From Klebsormidium nitens (Eukaryota; Plantae; Klebsormidiophyceae), in contig DF237036.1 in the NCBI GenBank assembly GCA_000708835.1, positions 62,001 through 126,000 on the forward strand: DNA of 64,000 nucleotides, given 5' to 3'. A program made the translations under genes and the position numbers. Shown one piece after another: positions 45,107-56,830 of this stretch. The stretch's first letter is position 1; each line of letters begins with the position of its first letter. Below the pieces are notes generated by a model that was given only the letters and a program-made list of their open reading frames with translations, was not told the DNA's origin and ran no database searches.

Positions 45107-45457
45107 CCACGTTGGACCGTTGGCGTGTTGCCACGTGTCCCAACCTCCGGTCACGTGGTGAGCCGTCGACAGGTCCGCACTCTCGAAGCTCCTGAAGTCA
45201 CCCCCCTTGCGAAGCCCGCTTTTGATCCCGCCCACATGCGGCGAGGTACAAAGGGATCCCCCTGGAGCGCACGTCGAGGAAGCCCACGTGCAGGCCATGA
45301 CGTCAGCGTGCGTTCAGCAGCATCAAGTTGCTTCCACCTGCAAGACAGATCGTTCAAAACTAAGTTCTGAAATCCCGCACGCCCGTTGTGACGCTGCCTC
45401 CACCGTCCAGGGCTACTTCAAAACCTCATGCCTCATTGATTGTGATGGTGACGTCAC
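45107..45457. promoter_or_regulatory. Cluster of seven ACGT-core (G-box/ABRE/C-box) motifs upstream of the mTERF gene
   Basis: CCACGTTGG 45107, GCCACGTGTC 45130, CACGTG 45152, CACGTC 45270, CACGTG 45285, TGACGTCA 45298, GTGACGTCAC 45448. Function is not shown. Confidence 0.4.
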
Positions 45458-45559
45458 AGCCAGCACCTTTCTTTCGGTGCGGCAATTTGACGACGAAGGA
45501 GAAGTGCAGTCGCTACCTGACAATATAAAAACAGACTCACAGATAAGTGTGGGTCTACG

Positions 45560-46400
45560 ACGCAGATTTTACGCCCGCGCTTGTTTCAGGTAGTTTTCGG
45601 TTGTCGGTTTCGACGAAGGAAAGAGAGTTAGCCGGATGAGTTTCTCATTGGCATCAGACATCACGGACTTCGCTTGAGGTAGACTACCCCAACTGATTGG
45701 CCCTTCACTGCCATACACGCACAGAACCAAGGTTTCCGTGCGTGCCTGTCCAACGCCTGACATGCGGGGCAGGTTTTCTGAGCCTTTCAGAGCTCTGCAG
45801 CACCGTTCTTTGGGAAGCATACTTTTCAAATGAAGCTAGTCCTCCAGTCGGGACCCAAGAGACATGAGGGCTGGCGTCAGCACAAGGAAGCGGAGGCTGT
45901 ATGGGAGATCACACCCAATCCTAGAATTGCATCAGTGCCACCTTCACGAATTCGAGCGACGAGCAAGTTTAACGACTTAGAAGCAGAAACAATGGGGCAC
46001 ACGAACTTGCGGTTTGCCCAACATCTCCAGCGGCCCCTCCGCATCAAAGAACAGCAAAGCGTCCATGTCATCCCGGCCGTCAGTGCATTAAGGAACTGTG
46101 CTTCGGAACTCCCATCCGTTATAGGCACATCCCGGCCGACCCAAAACATTCAAAAAAGGAATGCAAGTGAAAGAAGTCAATAGCTGCGTGACAGCAAATC
46201 GCTGTAAGAAAGCGGACCAGGGTTGCCCTTCTTCCAAACCACTCCACTCTCGGTTGAGACGCGAAACCCCCAAAGTCGTGAAGGCTTGCATACAGGGGTT
46301 GCTAGTCAACGAGACGCGATGGCTGAATCCAATCACGACGAACTGCGAAACGAGGCTGGGCCATCAAACAAGCAGCGTAAAGCGCATCTTGAATGCTTGC
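45560..46400 (-). pseudogene. Decayed paralog (copy U0) of an uncharacterised, tentatively F-box-like family
   Basis: Nucleotide similarity to 49690-50000 and 53460-53760, including a shared donor position (TTGG|GT). Broken frames include LGVSRLNREWSGLEEGQPWSAFLQRF, GMTWTL and LFFDAEGPLEML. Confidence 0.45.
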
Positions 46401-47849
46401 CAAGGCTGGAGGCTCCACCTACATCTCAGGAAAGATCACGGGTCGGCGTAGACCGCGGAAAGCGAGACTGACAGTGTGCCCGCTATCTCTGGGTGCAATC
46501 AACTGTATGTTGACCTTGCCCAGAAGTTCCGGAGCGACAGTTTGCGCTGGAGAGCCACGTGGGCGGTTTGAGGGCTGGCTTGAGACCACCGTAGTTCTTG
46601 GTCGTTGACGACCTGAATTGGTTCCGAAAGATTTGCCAGCCAAGAGAGTGGGTGTTTATCCGGATGGCGACGACTCAGAGGCCAGGTAAGGAAAGAGTAA
46701 GACGTCGGCAGCCTTGATCCTCAAGCAAAGGAGGGGCCAGGAACTGCTTCACAGCGGTTGACGAGCTTCTAGAGACGGTGCGGTGGACGATATGCCCATG
46801 TTGATCTAGGCCCGTCATTGCCCATTTTCAGAAGGACCGGAAAAATTGTCGTCGCAAGAAGACTTGACAACCATACCACGCATTAACTTTTTACGGGTTT
46901 GGCTGTAACCCACAAATCCACTGAGCCAACCCAACCGCTCTTGTTCTTGCACGTTGGCATCAGTTTGCATCTTATGTACGCCTGTGGGTATCTATTGCCC
47001 AGCTTTTTGAGGTCGTCACTGCCAGAACCAATGACCCCCAATCGATCAACGAAAGGACTGAACGTTTACAAGGCAGCGTCAGAAAGCAGACCGAAGCAGA
47101 GTGGGAGATCTGACGTGGCAACCAAAAGGCTACTTCACGGACTCGGCAGCGGTGGCTACACGTGCTTAAAACAAGAGACGTGACCAAAGTAGAGCGTAAA
47201 AGGAAGCTTTCCGCTTAGGCGTCAGATATGAGCGGATGCACCCTGGGAGCAGGGCCCCAGTATGTCTATGCATGTCATAGCCACTTGCGAAAAGGATCAG
47301 ATTGTTCTGTCAACTGAGAAGCTTGAGCACTTTGCTGGATTGAAGCTACTCCCAACAGCATCCACGGCCAAAGGAACGCCGCATGCATTTGGGGACCACT
47401 CGCAGAAAAGTCAGATTGGTGTGTAGAAGGCGGGGAACAATAGGAACCCCGAGAAGAGAAAACCCAAACAAGTCCTTTTGAGAGCGGAAGAGCAATAACT
47501 TCTGCTCATCACGGAGCGTCAGCTGGCGCAATCACTTCGCTTAGAGAAGTCTGACGGTAAATCTAAGAGATGCAAAGCCCATCCTGGCTCCCTGAGAACC
47601 ATTACAGAGGGGTCCAAACCTATTGCTGCATTGCAGCGGCGGATCGACACTGCAGGATGGCGTTTTCATTCCTTGCAAATTTATCGCAAAAAGCAAAGAG
47701 ACTTGAAAGACTGCTTCTTTTTAGCTAAAGACTCGAGGATCCCCTACGCGCAAAGCCCGCCAATTGTCCAAAAGAGGATGCTCAAGCGGGGCGAGAGGAA
47801 TAACTCCGTCCTAATATTACTTATCTCACTTCTGCCCTTAGAGATGAGT

Positions 47850-50300
47850 CTTTCGGAAAAAAACATCGTCGCATGGCGTCAGCTGCCTACCCGAACCTTT
47901 GGTTGAAAACACCCAAAAATTTGGAGCCAATCATCGCCTCTCTCATGCAAACCACGAGCAACGCACATCCTGACAAATTTGTACCGGAAGCGTGGCAGAG
48001 AATTGCAGCACAAGCGTTTTCAGTCTCCGCTCTAGGTGGCGTCCGACTTCGATCTCGGAACTGGAATGTAATACCCAGCTTTGAAAGTCCATCATGGCCC
48101 TCTGAACGAGGAAGTATTGTTACAGCCCAGAACGAGAACACAAGCGAGGACTTCGCACGCTTCGTCCTTTAGCAGTGAGAGCGAAGCGAAGAAGCCTGCG
48201 GCGGTCAGTTCCAAAGGACTCCATGCAACTCGAGTACAGCGTTCGTCGAACCAGGTTTCAAGCTGCTCAACAATTGTGAAGTACTTTGTCGCAACCGCAG
48301 CAGAGGCAAATGAGGCAGGCGAACTCCGCCTCTCACGAAGTTTGTTTCCCGCATAATTTTAGGATGCATTACCTTCGCTGGGCGGCTCAGTCAGGACGAA
48401 CCCCTCTGGGGTGCAAACCCCAGTCATACGAAAGTGTCATTGCCATAAACGAGCGCACTCAAATATCGGGTTGCTCAAAGAAGGTGCATCGAAGCTTTTG
48501 GCACTGTTTCTGATGGGTACGAAGGAGATTGACCTCTTGATGTTTGGCGTCAGATGGGAAGATATCCACTGGGGAAGTCCCGACAGGCGAAGCATCTCAG
48601 CCCAAGCATCAGGAGTGTCAATGTCGACAACCCGACAGAAAGCAGGGCAGAGATCGATCGAAAATGTGTGGGTGTTTGACCGGAGCGCCGTCCAGCCGCC
48701 GCCTTTCCTCCAGACCTCAACAAGAAGAAATTATTCGGTGTTGTGTAAAGTAAGGCGAAGATTCGGAATTGTGCCATCAAAGTTCGTGGAAAGCACTGAC
48801 ACAACATGGAAATAAGCGGGAGAGAACGCCAACGGTGCATACTCTTCTAATAACCTCCTGTTTCGGATCGTTGAGGTAGAGAAAGCAAAGGTTGGTGGCT
48901 GGCATCAGAGCAAGAAGAACGGGTACTCGATGTGCGTTCCGAGCTGCCAATGACATCATTGCCCTCCAGGAAGACAGATGGCCGTAATGGACCGGGCGAC
49001 CAAAGCGCGCAAGAAGACGGCAGAAAGGCGTGCTGAAAATAAGCTCCCTGAAGCTTCTCCACTTTAAGAAAACAGAAAAGCTTCTCCATTTAGTGCCCTA
49101 TGACTACGGGCATTTGTTGCCCTACAGAAGAACTCACGAACTGCCTAGGCATAGAGAACAGTAAACGGTATTAGGTGCGAAAACATGACGGACGGCTTGA
49201 ATTTAAAGGTACCGTTCTCGCAACGTCAAGGGCCTCGTCAAAGCCAAGGCACCGTAGAACTTTATACCCTTCAGCACCAACAGGTTTTCGCCGCAATGTC
49301 CTCTCGAAGAGACTTGCGGCCCTGGTTTACCGTTCATTCGTTTCGGAGTGCAAACCAGAAGCTCTGGTAGAGGTGCTAAGCAAGAGGGGCAGCAAGGTTT
49401 TGCAGCAGGGCAGCGTCAGGTGTGGTGAGTGCTTGGGTAGGACACATTTTAGAACGCCCCCAGGATCTAGTGCACATCCATCCTGGCTTCCGTGGCGGCA
49501 AGTTCCAGACGGTGCTTTACACTTCTGATCTACATACAAACAACCAAGATGACGTACGCAAAATCCAGGGAAACGCGTCAGTCCGATTGGTGCGAGCATT
49601 CGCTTCCACTTCCGAGCTCAACACGATGAGCAAAAGGCCACTCCCTTGAGCACACGAAAAATCAAACTTCGAGGAAGAGTCCAAAAGGTGGCATCAATTG
49701 ATGGAGTGGCAGCTCTGGGCAACTCTCACCCAGAAGTTGACCCTTTCATTGCCTTCGAGCGCAACAGAAGCATCGTTAGTTGCGGAGAGACCCGAGAAAT
49801 TGCGCAAAACAGAGAACGACACTGTCACGGGAACCGCTATCTGTATGGACGAATAGGGCTTCCGACCGTACAACCCCAGCGTCGGCATCATCCTGTCGAA
49901 TGGAAAGGCGACCACTGCTCAATTTGTCCTCGCCCCTTGACAGCACTGCCAACGTCCACGGTGTGATCGATTGGGTTGCGGACTGGTGGGCATTCAACGG
50001 GGTGTCTTTCCAACTAAACGCGAAAGGAAATTTGACAGCCGACATCCGCAAGAGAAAATTGCTGGCGTCATGTAGATCCAAGGGTCAAGCCGGTCGGGAT
50101 GCCCCAATTGGCCCAAAAAAATCATCGCCGTTCGTGACCATATTGACTGCTCTCATCGAAATCAAAGCACGTTGAAGCCAATTTCGTTTCCGAGCTTTTT
50201 CTGTGAATCCCAAGGCTGGCCGCAGGTTCTTTCCCTTTCAAACAGGCAAAATTCTTCGATGCCTTCTCGGCATTTTATACACTAAAGCAAGGAAGCGTTC
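47850..50300 (-). pseudogene. Decayed paralog U1 (direct-repeat partner of U2)
   Basis: Collinear similarity with 51630-54000 over about 2.4 kb at an offset of about 3.76 kb. Minus-strand frames are protein-like but contain stops and frameshifts (SITPWTLAVLS...FDRMMPTL; VVSVLSTNFDGTIPNLRLTLHNTE*FLLVEVWRKGGGWTA). Confidence 0.65.
48665..49090. repeat. High-identity block (roughly 90% by eye) shared with 52427-52849, inside the otherwise roughly 70%-identical U1/U2 pair
   Basis: Long exact runs such as gccgtccagccgccgcctttcctccagacctcaacaagaaga and gcaaaggttggtggctggcatcagagcaagaagaacgggtactcgatgtgcgttccgagctgccaatg occur in both copies. Confidence 0.9.
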
Positions 50301-51629
50301 CTAACATTGGCATCAAAAAACATGATGAGCACGTGAGACAAGCTTGTGGCGAACGGGCATTACGGCGTAGGCTCCACACACAGGGAGTCGCTCGTGCAAG
50401 ATCAACTTGACCACATATTAGGCAACAGCAGCCGTAGTATTCAACACGGCTTAAACAGGCAGAATAGATTAAAAGCATGAGATGTCATCAGGGTTGGCGT
50501 CCGGCCCCGATGTTAGTAGGTAGTAATCACCAGTTTGGGGCGCATCAATGCCATTTACTAGGGCCCTGAAGCTCGTGATTATGAACGTAATCAGATTGAT
50601 TTGAAGCGTGCTTGCAGACTTGATCGCACACCTTGCATACAGGTGCTCAATTTTCGAACGGGTGGAGAAACAACGGAAAAGATGCAGGGGTGGGATGTGA
50701 CCCAGCTGAAACGCCGAGGAGTGCTTGGCTCATGTGGTATTCACATGGAATTAACTACCGCACGAATGAGCCTTCACCCACCGTCCTCGCGACAAAAGCT
50801 GCTGCTCGAAACCGGGTAGCACGAAGGCTCTTTTCAACATCGAGGCAAAAGCGATTGGATTGACTGGAAGAAAATCAGGAGGATCGGGCTTAAGGCACAG
50901 TGCGCTGCAGATCCTCACCTCTACTGTCAGCAGTAGCCAGCCCAGTTCACGCCACTCTCGTTGAACCGTCACGATTCTCCCCGTCAAGTATCCCGCAGCA
51001 GTTCAACCTGCACACCGAGAAGCCCCATCAGGACGGCACGTCACAGAACGGTACGAAGTCAATTAAAGTAGTATCTTGTAAAATCATACAACCAATGAAA
51101 GAAACTTCACCTAACATAAAAGGGGCATCAAGGACATAAGGCGTTGGGTGCGTAGCATCAGAATTGAAGGGACAGAACTGAGGTCAAATACCCCGAGCTA
51201 TTGTAACATCACGGCCGCTTGGGAGCGACTGCCAGTCGGTCTGAAAGAACGAGGCTTGCGACGGGGGAGCGTTAGCAACGAGCTCCAAAGAGTTCCGTTT
51301 ACAGCGCCTTCCGAGCTACGAAATTCTGGTTACGCTGACGCATATGAAGCTTCTGGCACAAGCGTGAGCTGGGACTCAGCAGGCATGTTTTGGCATACCG
51401 GCCGCAGAAAGGAAAAATGAAGCAGATCCGCACAGCCTGAAGGACACGAGGCAGCCCACGAATGCGACTTACACCGTCTCGGCGGCGCAGGCTATATGGG
51501 CTCGGAAAAAGCGGTGTGCTCAGTAGCCGCGGGCAATCAAATCTGTTTAAACAAGCAACTAGCTCGCTTTGGTACCAAACGAAGAACTTTCGATCAATAA
51601 CATCGAAGCTTGGCTTCAACTCTCATCCT

Positions 51630-54130
51630 GATCCTTGTCGGTGACCCCTAACACTGTGGAACCAGTCATCGCCTCTGACCCAATAGACACAAGCGAAGCG
51701 AATCCTGATAGAATTCCACCAAAAGCGTGGCAGAGACTTGCAGCACAAAGACTTCATCCTCCGCTCTAGGTGACGTCCGCATTGGTCGAAAAGCTGGGAT
51801 GTATCACCCAACTTGCAAAGCACATCATGGCCCCCTCAAACGAGGAAGCATTCCAGAGCGCTGTACGAAGATTCACGCAAGAGCTCCGGAGGTTTCGTCC
51901 ACCAGCGGTGAGAGAGAAGCGAAGCTTACGGAGGCAAAGCCACCTGGCCGGATCTTGAGGAGTCCATGCAACTCGAGTGTTGCGCACGTCGATTTTTTAG
52001 CGGTTTCACTAGCCTGCTCGACCATGACGACCCACTTTGTCCCAACGACAGCAGAGGCAATTGAGGCAGGCAAACTCTGCCTCTTATGGTATGTTGTACC
52101 CGCATCGAAACAGGATGCATCACCTTTGGGCGGCTCGGTCAGTCTGAACCCGCTCTGGGGTGTAAACCCCCAGCCATCCAAAAGCGTCACTGCCGTGATC
52201 AAGCGCGTTCAATCGTCAAGTTGCTCAAACAACGTGCATCAAAACGATTCCATTGTTTGTGATGGATTCAGGAAGGGCATTTTAGAGTCTTCCGATGTTT
52301 GGCGTCAGATCATGGGAAAAGCAGCCTTCGGGGCAGCCCCGACATGCGAAGCGCGTCTCGGCCACAGCATCGAGAGTGTCGATGTCGACAATCCGACAAA
52401 CACCAGGGAAGAGATCACTCGGAACAGTGTGGGTGTTTGACCGGAACGCCGTCCAGCCGCCGCCTTTCCTCCAGACCTCAACAAGAAGACATTTTTCGGT
52501 GTTGTGTAAACTAAGGCGAAGGGTCGGAATTGTGCCATCAAAGTTCGTGGAAAGCACTGACACAACATGGAGATAAGCGGGAGAGAACGCCAACGGTGCA
52601 CACTCTTAATAACCTCCTGTTTCGAATCGTTAAGGTTAAGGAAGCAAAGGTTGGTGGCTGGCATCAGAGCAAGAAGAACGGGTACTCGATGTGCGTTCCG
52701 AGCTGCCAATGGAATCATTGCCCCTCCAAGAAAACAGATGGCCGTAATGACCGGGCGACCAAAGCGCGCAAGAAGACGGCAGAAAGGCGTGCTGAAAGTA
52801 AGCTAGCTGAAGCTTCTCCGCTTTAAAAAGACGGAAAAGCTTCTCCATTCAGCGCCCTATGACTACCGGGCATTGTCGCCCTGAAGAAAAACTCACGAAT
52901 CGCCAGCCACACAAATCAGTAAACGGTATCGTGTACGAAGACAAGAGGGACAGCATAATCAGAACGCACATTTTCGTTGACGTTAAGGACCTCGTCAAAG
53001 CCGTGACCGCGAAAGACTTCAAATGCTGCAGCACCGACAAATTCTCCGCCATAATATGCTTTTGGTGCGACTTGAGCCGTCAGTTAGCGTTGGTGTGTCA
53101 AATGTGCAAAACCGGAAGTCCTGACAGAAAACTGTAAGCAAGGGGGATAGCAAGGTCTTACAGCAGGGCAACGTCAGCTTTGGTCGACGGCATTCGGGGA
53201 TCAACACATTTTGTGAAACGCCTCCAGGAGCGCACAACCATCATGGCTCCCGTGAAATTTGGTTCGAGTTGGTGTAAGTTCGAGTTGGTTGTTTTAAACT
53301 TCTCCTGACAAGCAACCAAGATGACGAACGGACAATCCGAGAAAGAACGCATGGTCAAAAAGGTGAAATAATCGCTTCCAGGTCCAAGCTCAATACGATG
53401 AGCAGAGAGCCAATTTCTTGAGCAAACGAAAATGACTTCCTGAGGAAGAGTCCCAACGGGTGGCATCAACTCAAAGAGTGGGAGCTGTGGGCGCACTCAC
53501 CCAACGATCGACCCAATCATTGCCTCCATGCGCAACATAAGCATTTTATTATCGCGATTGGGAAGAAAAAAGTTGCGCAAAAAAGAAACCGACTCCAGGG
53601 AACCACTTTTGCATGGACAAACAGGCTTCCGAGTGTAACATCTCCAGAGTCGGCATCATCCCGTCGAACAAGAACCGACCACTGCTCAACTCGTCCTCGT
53701 CCCCTGATAGCAGTGCCAACGTCCACGCTGTGATCGATTAAGTTGCGAACCGGTGCGCATGCAGGGGGTTGCCTTTCCGACTTAGACTTAGCAGGAAACC
53801 ATGGGAGCAACGACCGCAAGGGAAATGACTGACATTAGGTGGGTCAACGGTTGTGCCGCTCAGGATGCCACGATCGACAGATAACTCATCGCCGTTCGTG
53901 ACCAGATTGAATGCTTTCGTCACAATCAAAGCAGGTTGAAGACGATTTCGTTTTACGAGCTTTTCCTTCAAATTCTCGACACTCGAAGTTGGGGGCAGGC
54001 GCTCTACCGAAGTTTTCGCCCACAAGGTTCCAAAACCCACCTGGCAACCGAAATGGGCGCGCACGAGCCGACTTGAATTTGAATTGGCATTGACGATGCA
54101 CTCCGCGAAAGAAAGAATTGGCTGGCATCA
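51630..54130 (-). pseudogene. Decayed paralog U2
   Basis: GTLWAKTSVERLPP...KRNRLQPALIVTKAFNLVTNGDE...AT*SITAWTLALLSGDEDELSSGRFLFDGMMPTLEML...DWVDRW|GTGAGT; later ENLSVLQHLKSFAV and LLVEVWRKGGGWTAF. Several stops are present. Confidence 0.65.
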
Positions 54131-54369
54131 TCAGAACGAGAAGCTGTGAGGAGAAGATCCCCAAAGCTCATCACTGCCGTTGGAAACAGAGGACTTGACA
54201 ATTCGACCAGGACAGCAGATGTTTCGCACGTTCAGATCAAAATCCCGGACTGCAAACCGCTACATGGCCGCTCTGCAAGATACACTCACAACGAGTGCAC
54301 GTGTGACGTTGCGCTCCAGGCTAATACACAAGAGTTGGCTTTGCACCCTGATTTGACATGCAGCCCTTC

Positions 54370-55260
54370 AAATATGAGCGAAAACTCGATTACAGTCAGT
54401 AAAACGAATCCAGAAAGGTGATCGCTCTACTAGACGTGGGTGAACTTCAGCAGCGACGCCGGAGCAGATTACCGCGACAGCCGCTTGGAGCTTCGCATTT
54501 GTTGGTTCTTGAGGTAGACCTTTTAGTAAGGCAAGGGTCCTTACTTTGACAGCAAACTCAGACACGCAAGGGGGGGACCAGCCAACGGTGATTGCCAAAA
54601 GATCCAGCACGAGCTTGAGGGACAGCCAACCGTCTGCTGAGCGCGCAACGAAACGCTCTTTGCATCTCACAACGAGCGGCGGACATCTTCCCATGATCTT
54701 CGTGACAATAGCTAACAATAGGACGTTCAAACGGGAGGCACCGCACAAAAAGCATAGTCGCAGGCCAAATTTGACTCTGCCTGAGTCCGATAACTTGACC
54801 GAGCGGTGCGGTAGCATCAACGAATACAAGACCCCCTTATGAAAACTGTCTTTCAATTCCCAGGGGACAGAGGACTGGTGGATCACAGCTACCGAGCTCA
54901 AAATCAGGAATAGCTAACTCAATTGCACATATACGAGAGTTGCTTAAGACCGTAAGCAAGAGCACACCCTTGCAGGAGCTGCAAGAGTAGTGAGAGAGCT
55001 TGAGGACGCCTAAGAGACGTGCTTCGTCAAATTCGGCCCGCTCTCTACTCACATTGACTCATTCCGCACGTCAAGTATCACGGATATTTGCTCCTTTTCG
55101 AAGAGCGCTAGGCTTCATGTGCGGGTACTGTTTCAAATCTGCCGGAGCACCTTAGCTGGCGTCAGACGCGACGGATCGGCTCTGGCATAAAGCATACCAG
55201 ACCGGAAGCGCATCACTGCCATCGACTCGGGCTTCAACTTCGACAGATCAATCACCTGTG
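54370..55260 (-). pseudogene. Further decayed spliced coding remnant of the same region
   Basis: Exon-like CTAATTCACAG|GTG ATT GAT CTG...TCT G|GTATGC at about 55196-55256, followed by protein-like ORFs 54837-55052 and 54368-54901. Confidence 0.35.
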
Positions 55261-56399
55261 AATTAGCATAAGCTAGCGGACCGTGACTTCGTCATTAAGT
55301 GCTCCGTTTCCGAGTAAGCGGAGGAAAATTGGAAAGGAAGAACCAGCCGAGAATGACGCAAAGAAGCGTCAAGCGGTGCTTGGTACGCTTGATATGGTTC
55401 AATGGGTATGGACAAGTTTTACCCACTGAACGTCACTCATGACTATGCTCCGCGAAATTGGATCTCCTCGCAAGGCGAAAAGGAGAAGAGAAATAGTCCC
55501 GCGGAAAAAGGACCTGGTTCCATTGCAGGAGAAAAGACAATGCGGGAGGAAGACTTAGGTTGCTTATTCTCACCTTTAATGACCATAACAACGAGCTCGG
55601 TCCGCGCCACGCTTCTTGTCGCTGTCACTTCTGTCCCCACCACTTCTCTAAGGAAACAACCAACCTGCACGTAGAGAGCCTCCCATCAGACACGTCACAG
55701 CGCATGAGAGCGCAAAGAGTGAAAGTCATGTCTACATTGGCACGTGGCCTCTGGAAGAGCCTTTACGAAACGAAGACGGGGGAAGCTAAGGACACTGGGG
55801 CTGGTTGTGAGGCATCAGAATAACACAACAGTATCTCAAAGCTCTGCTACGTCACGGCCACTTCAGAAATGCGAAGCCGTTCCGGACTTAGATTATGAGT
55901 AATATGTTTGGGGAGTACAATCAGACGGGCTCAAAGGGAAGCGTTTGATGCGCCTTCGTCTATTTTAAGACCCAAGAATGTTTCTACGCTGCCGCATATG
56001 AGACAACTGGCAAGGATAGTGAGACATCCGCAGTACGGACGACTCTGGCAAAGGAGCCGCCAAAGCAAGGGAGGGATTTAAAGGTGAATGGTCTTGAGAA
56101 AGTCATAAAGCATGCTCAGGGTCACAGCAAACCGGTCAAGCTGCTTGCGTCTCCGCTTTGGAAACGATTAGAAGGAACGCTTCAGAGGTCAAGCTGCTTT
56201 CCTGGCCGCTTTCGAAACGATCCATTTCGCCCGGGATCTTTGTTTCATGAAGACTAGGTACACGCATTTCAAGCAGCAGATGAAGCTATGTTGGCCGTAC
56301 AAGCCCAGCCTTTCGACGTTACGACAGGAAAGGCCTCACTAGAGAGGGCATACATTGACGCGTTCGCAGAAGCAGGGCTTAAAGGAGCGGACGTGACTA

Positions 56400-56830
56400 G
56401 GGGGCATCAACAAACGCAGGTATGGCTGGTTTCAGACAGACCTAGCCTCACAACTACCTCATTGGCCACCCGGACTGAAAAATCACATGCACGTGTGTCG
56501 CTTCGAATGGGCGACTGGCTGTTAAAGAGGGCTGTAAGATGAGCTAGCTGCAACTCATTGAGCAGGAAAATTTCGTCCCGAACTTGAGGGACGATCCCAG
56601 ATCTTCGCTGGAGACGTCGACCTTTAAACGAGGGTACAATATTTCTCGCCAAGCATCCGTTTGAAACAGCGAGGAGCTGTTCCAAGGGCAAACAGCAACA
56701 GGCATGAATTGCAACCTCACCACACCGCTCTCCTTCGAATCCCATTTCAACTATTAATGCCGTGGAAAAGAAAAACCTCGCCTCAAGACCGCAGCTTACG
56801 ACCATTCTTGGTCGAGGCATCCACAATACG
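56400..56830 (-). pseudogene. Frameshifted F-box-like remnant
   Basis: EVAIHACCCLPLEQLLAVSNGC in one frame and SLFQTDAWREILYPRL in another resemble F-box helices 2-3 and the following LW-like helix. Confidence 0.3.

Noticed and set aside
28865-45113. Exact 16-mer GAGACGGCGCCACGTT shared between a PKG exon and the mTERF upstream region
   Set aside because: About one such match is expected by chance in 64 kb.
53880-54010. Ubiquitin-like domain in U2 (PTSSVENLKEKL...LVTNGDELS)
   Set aside because: The paralogous U1 segment does not keep the pattern, so the resemblance is probably coincidental.
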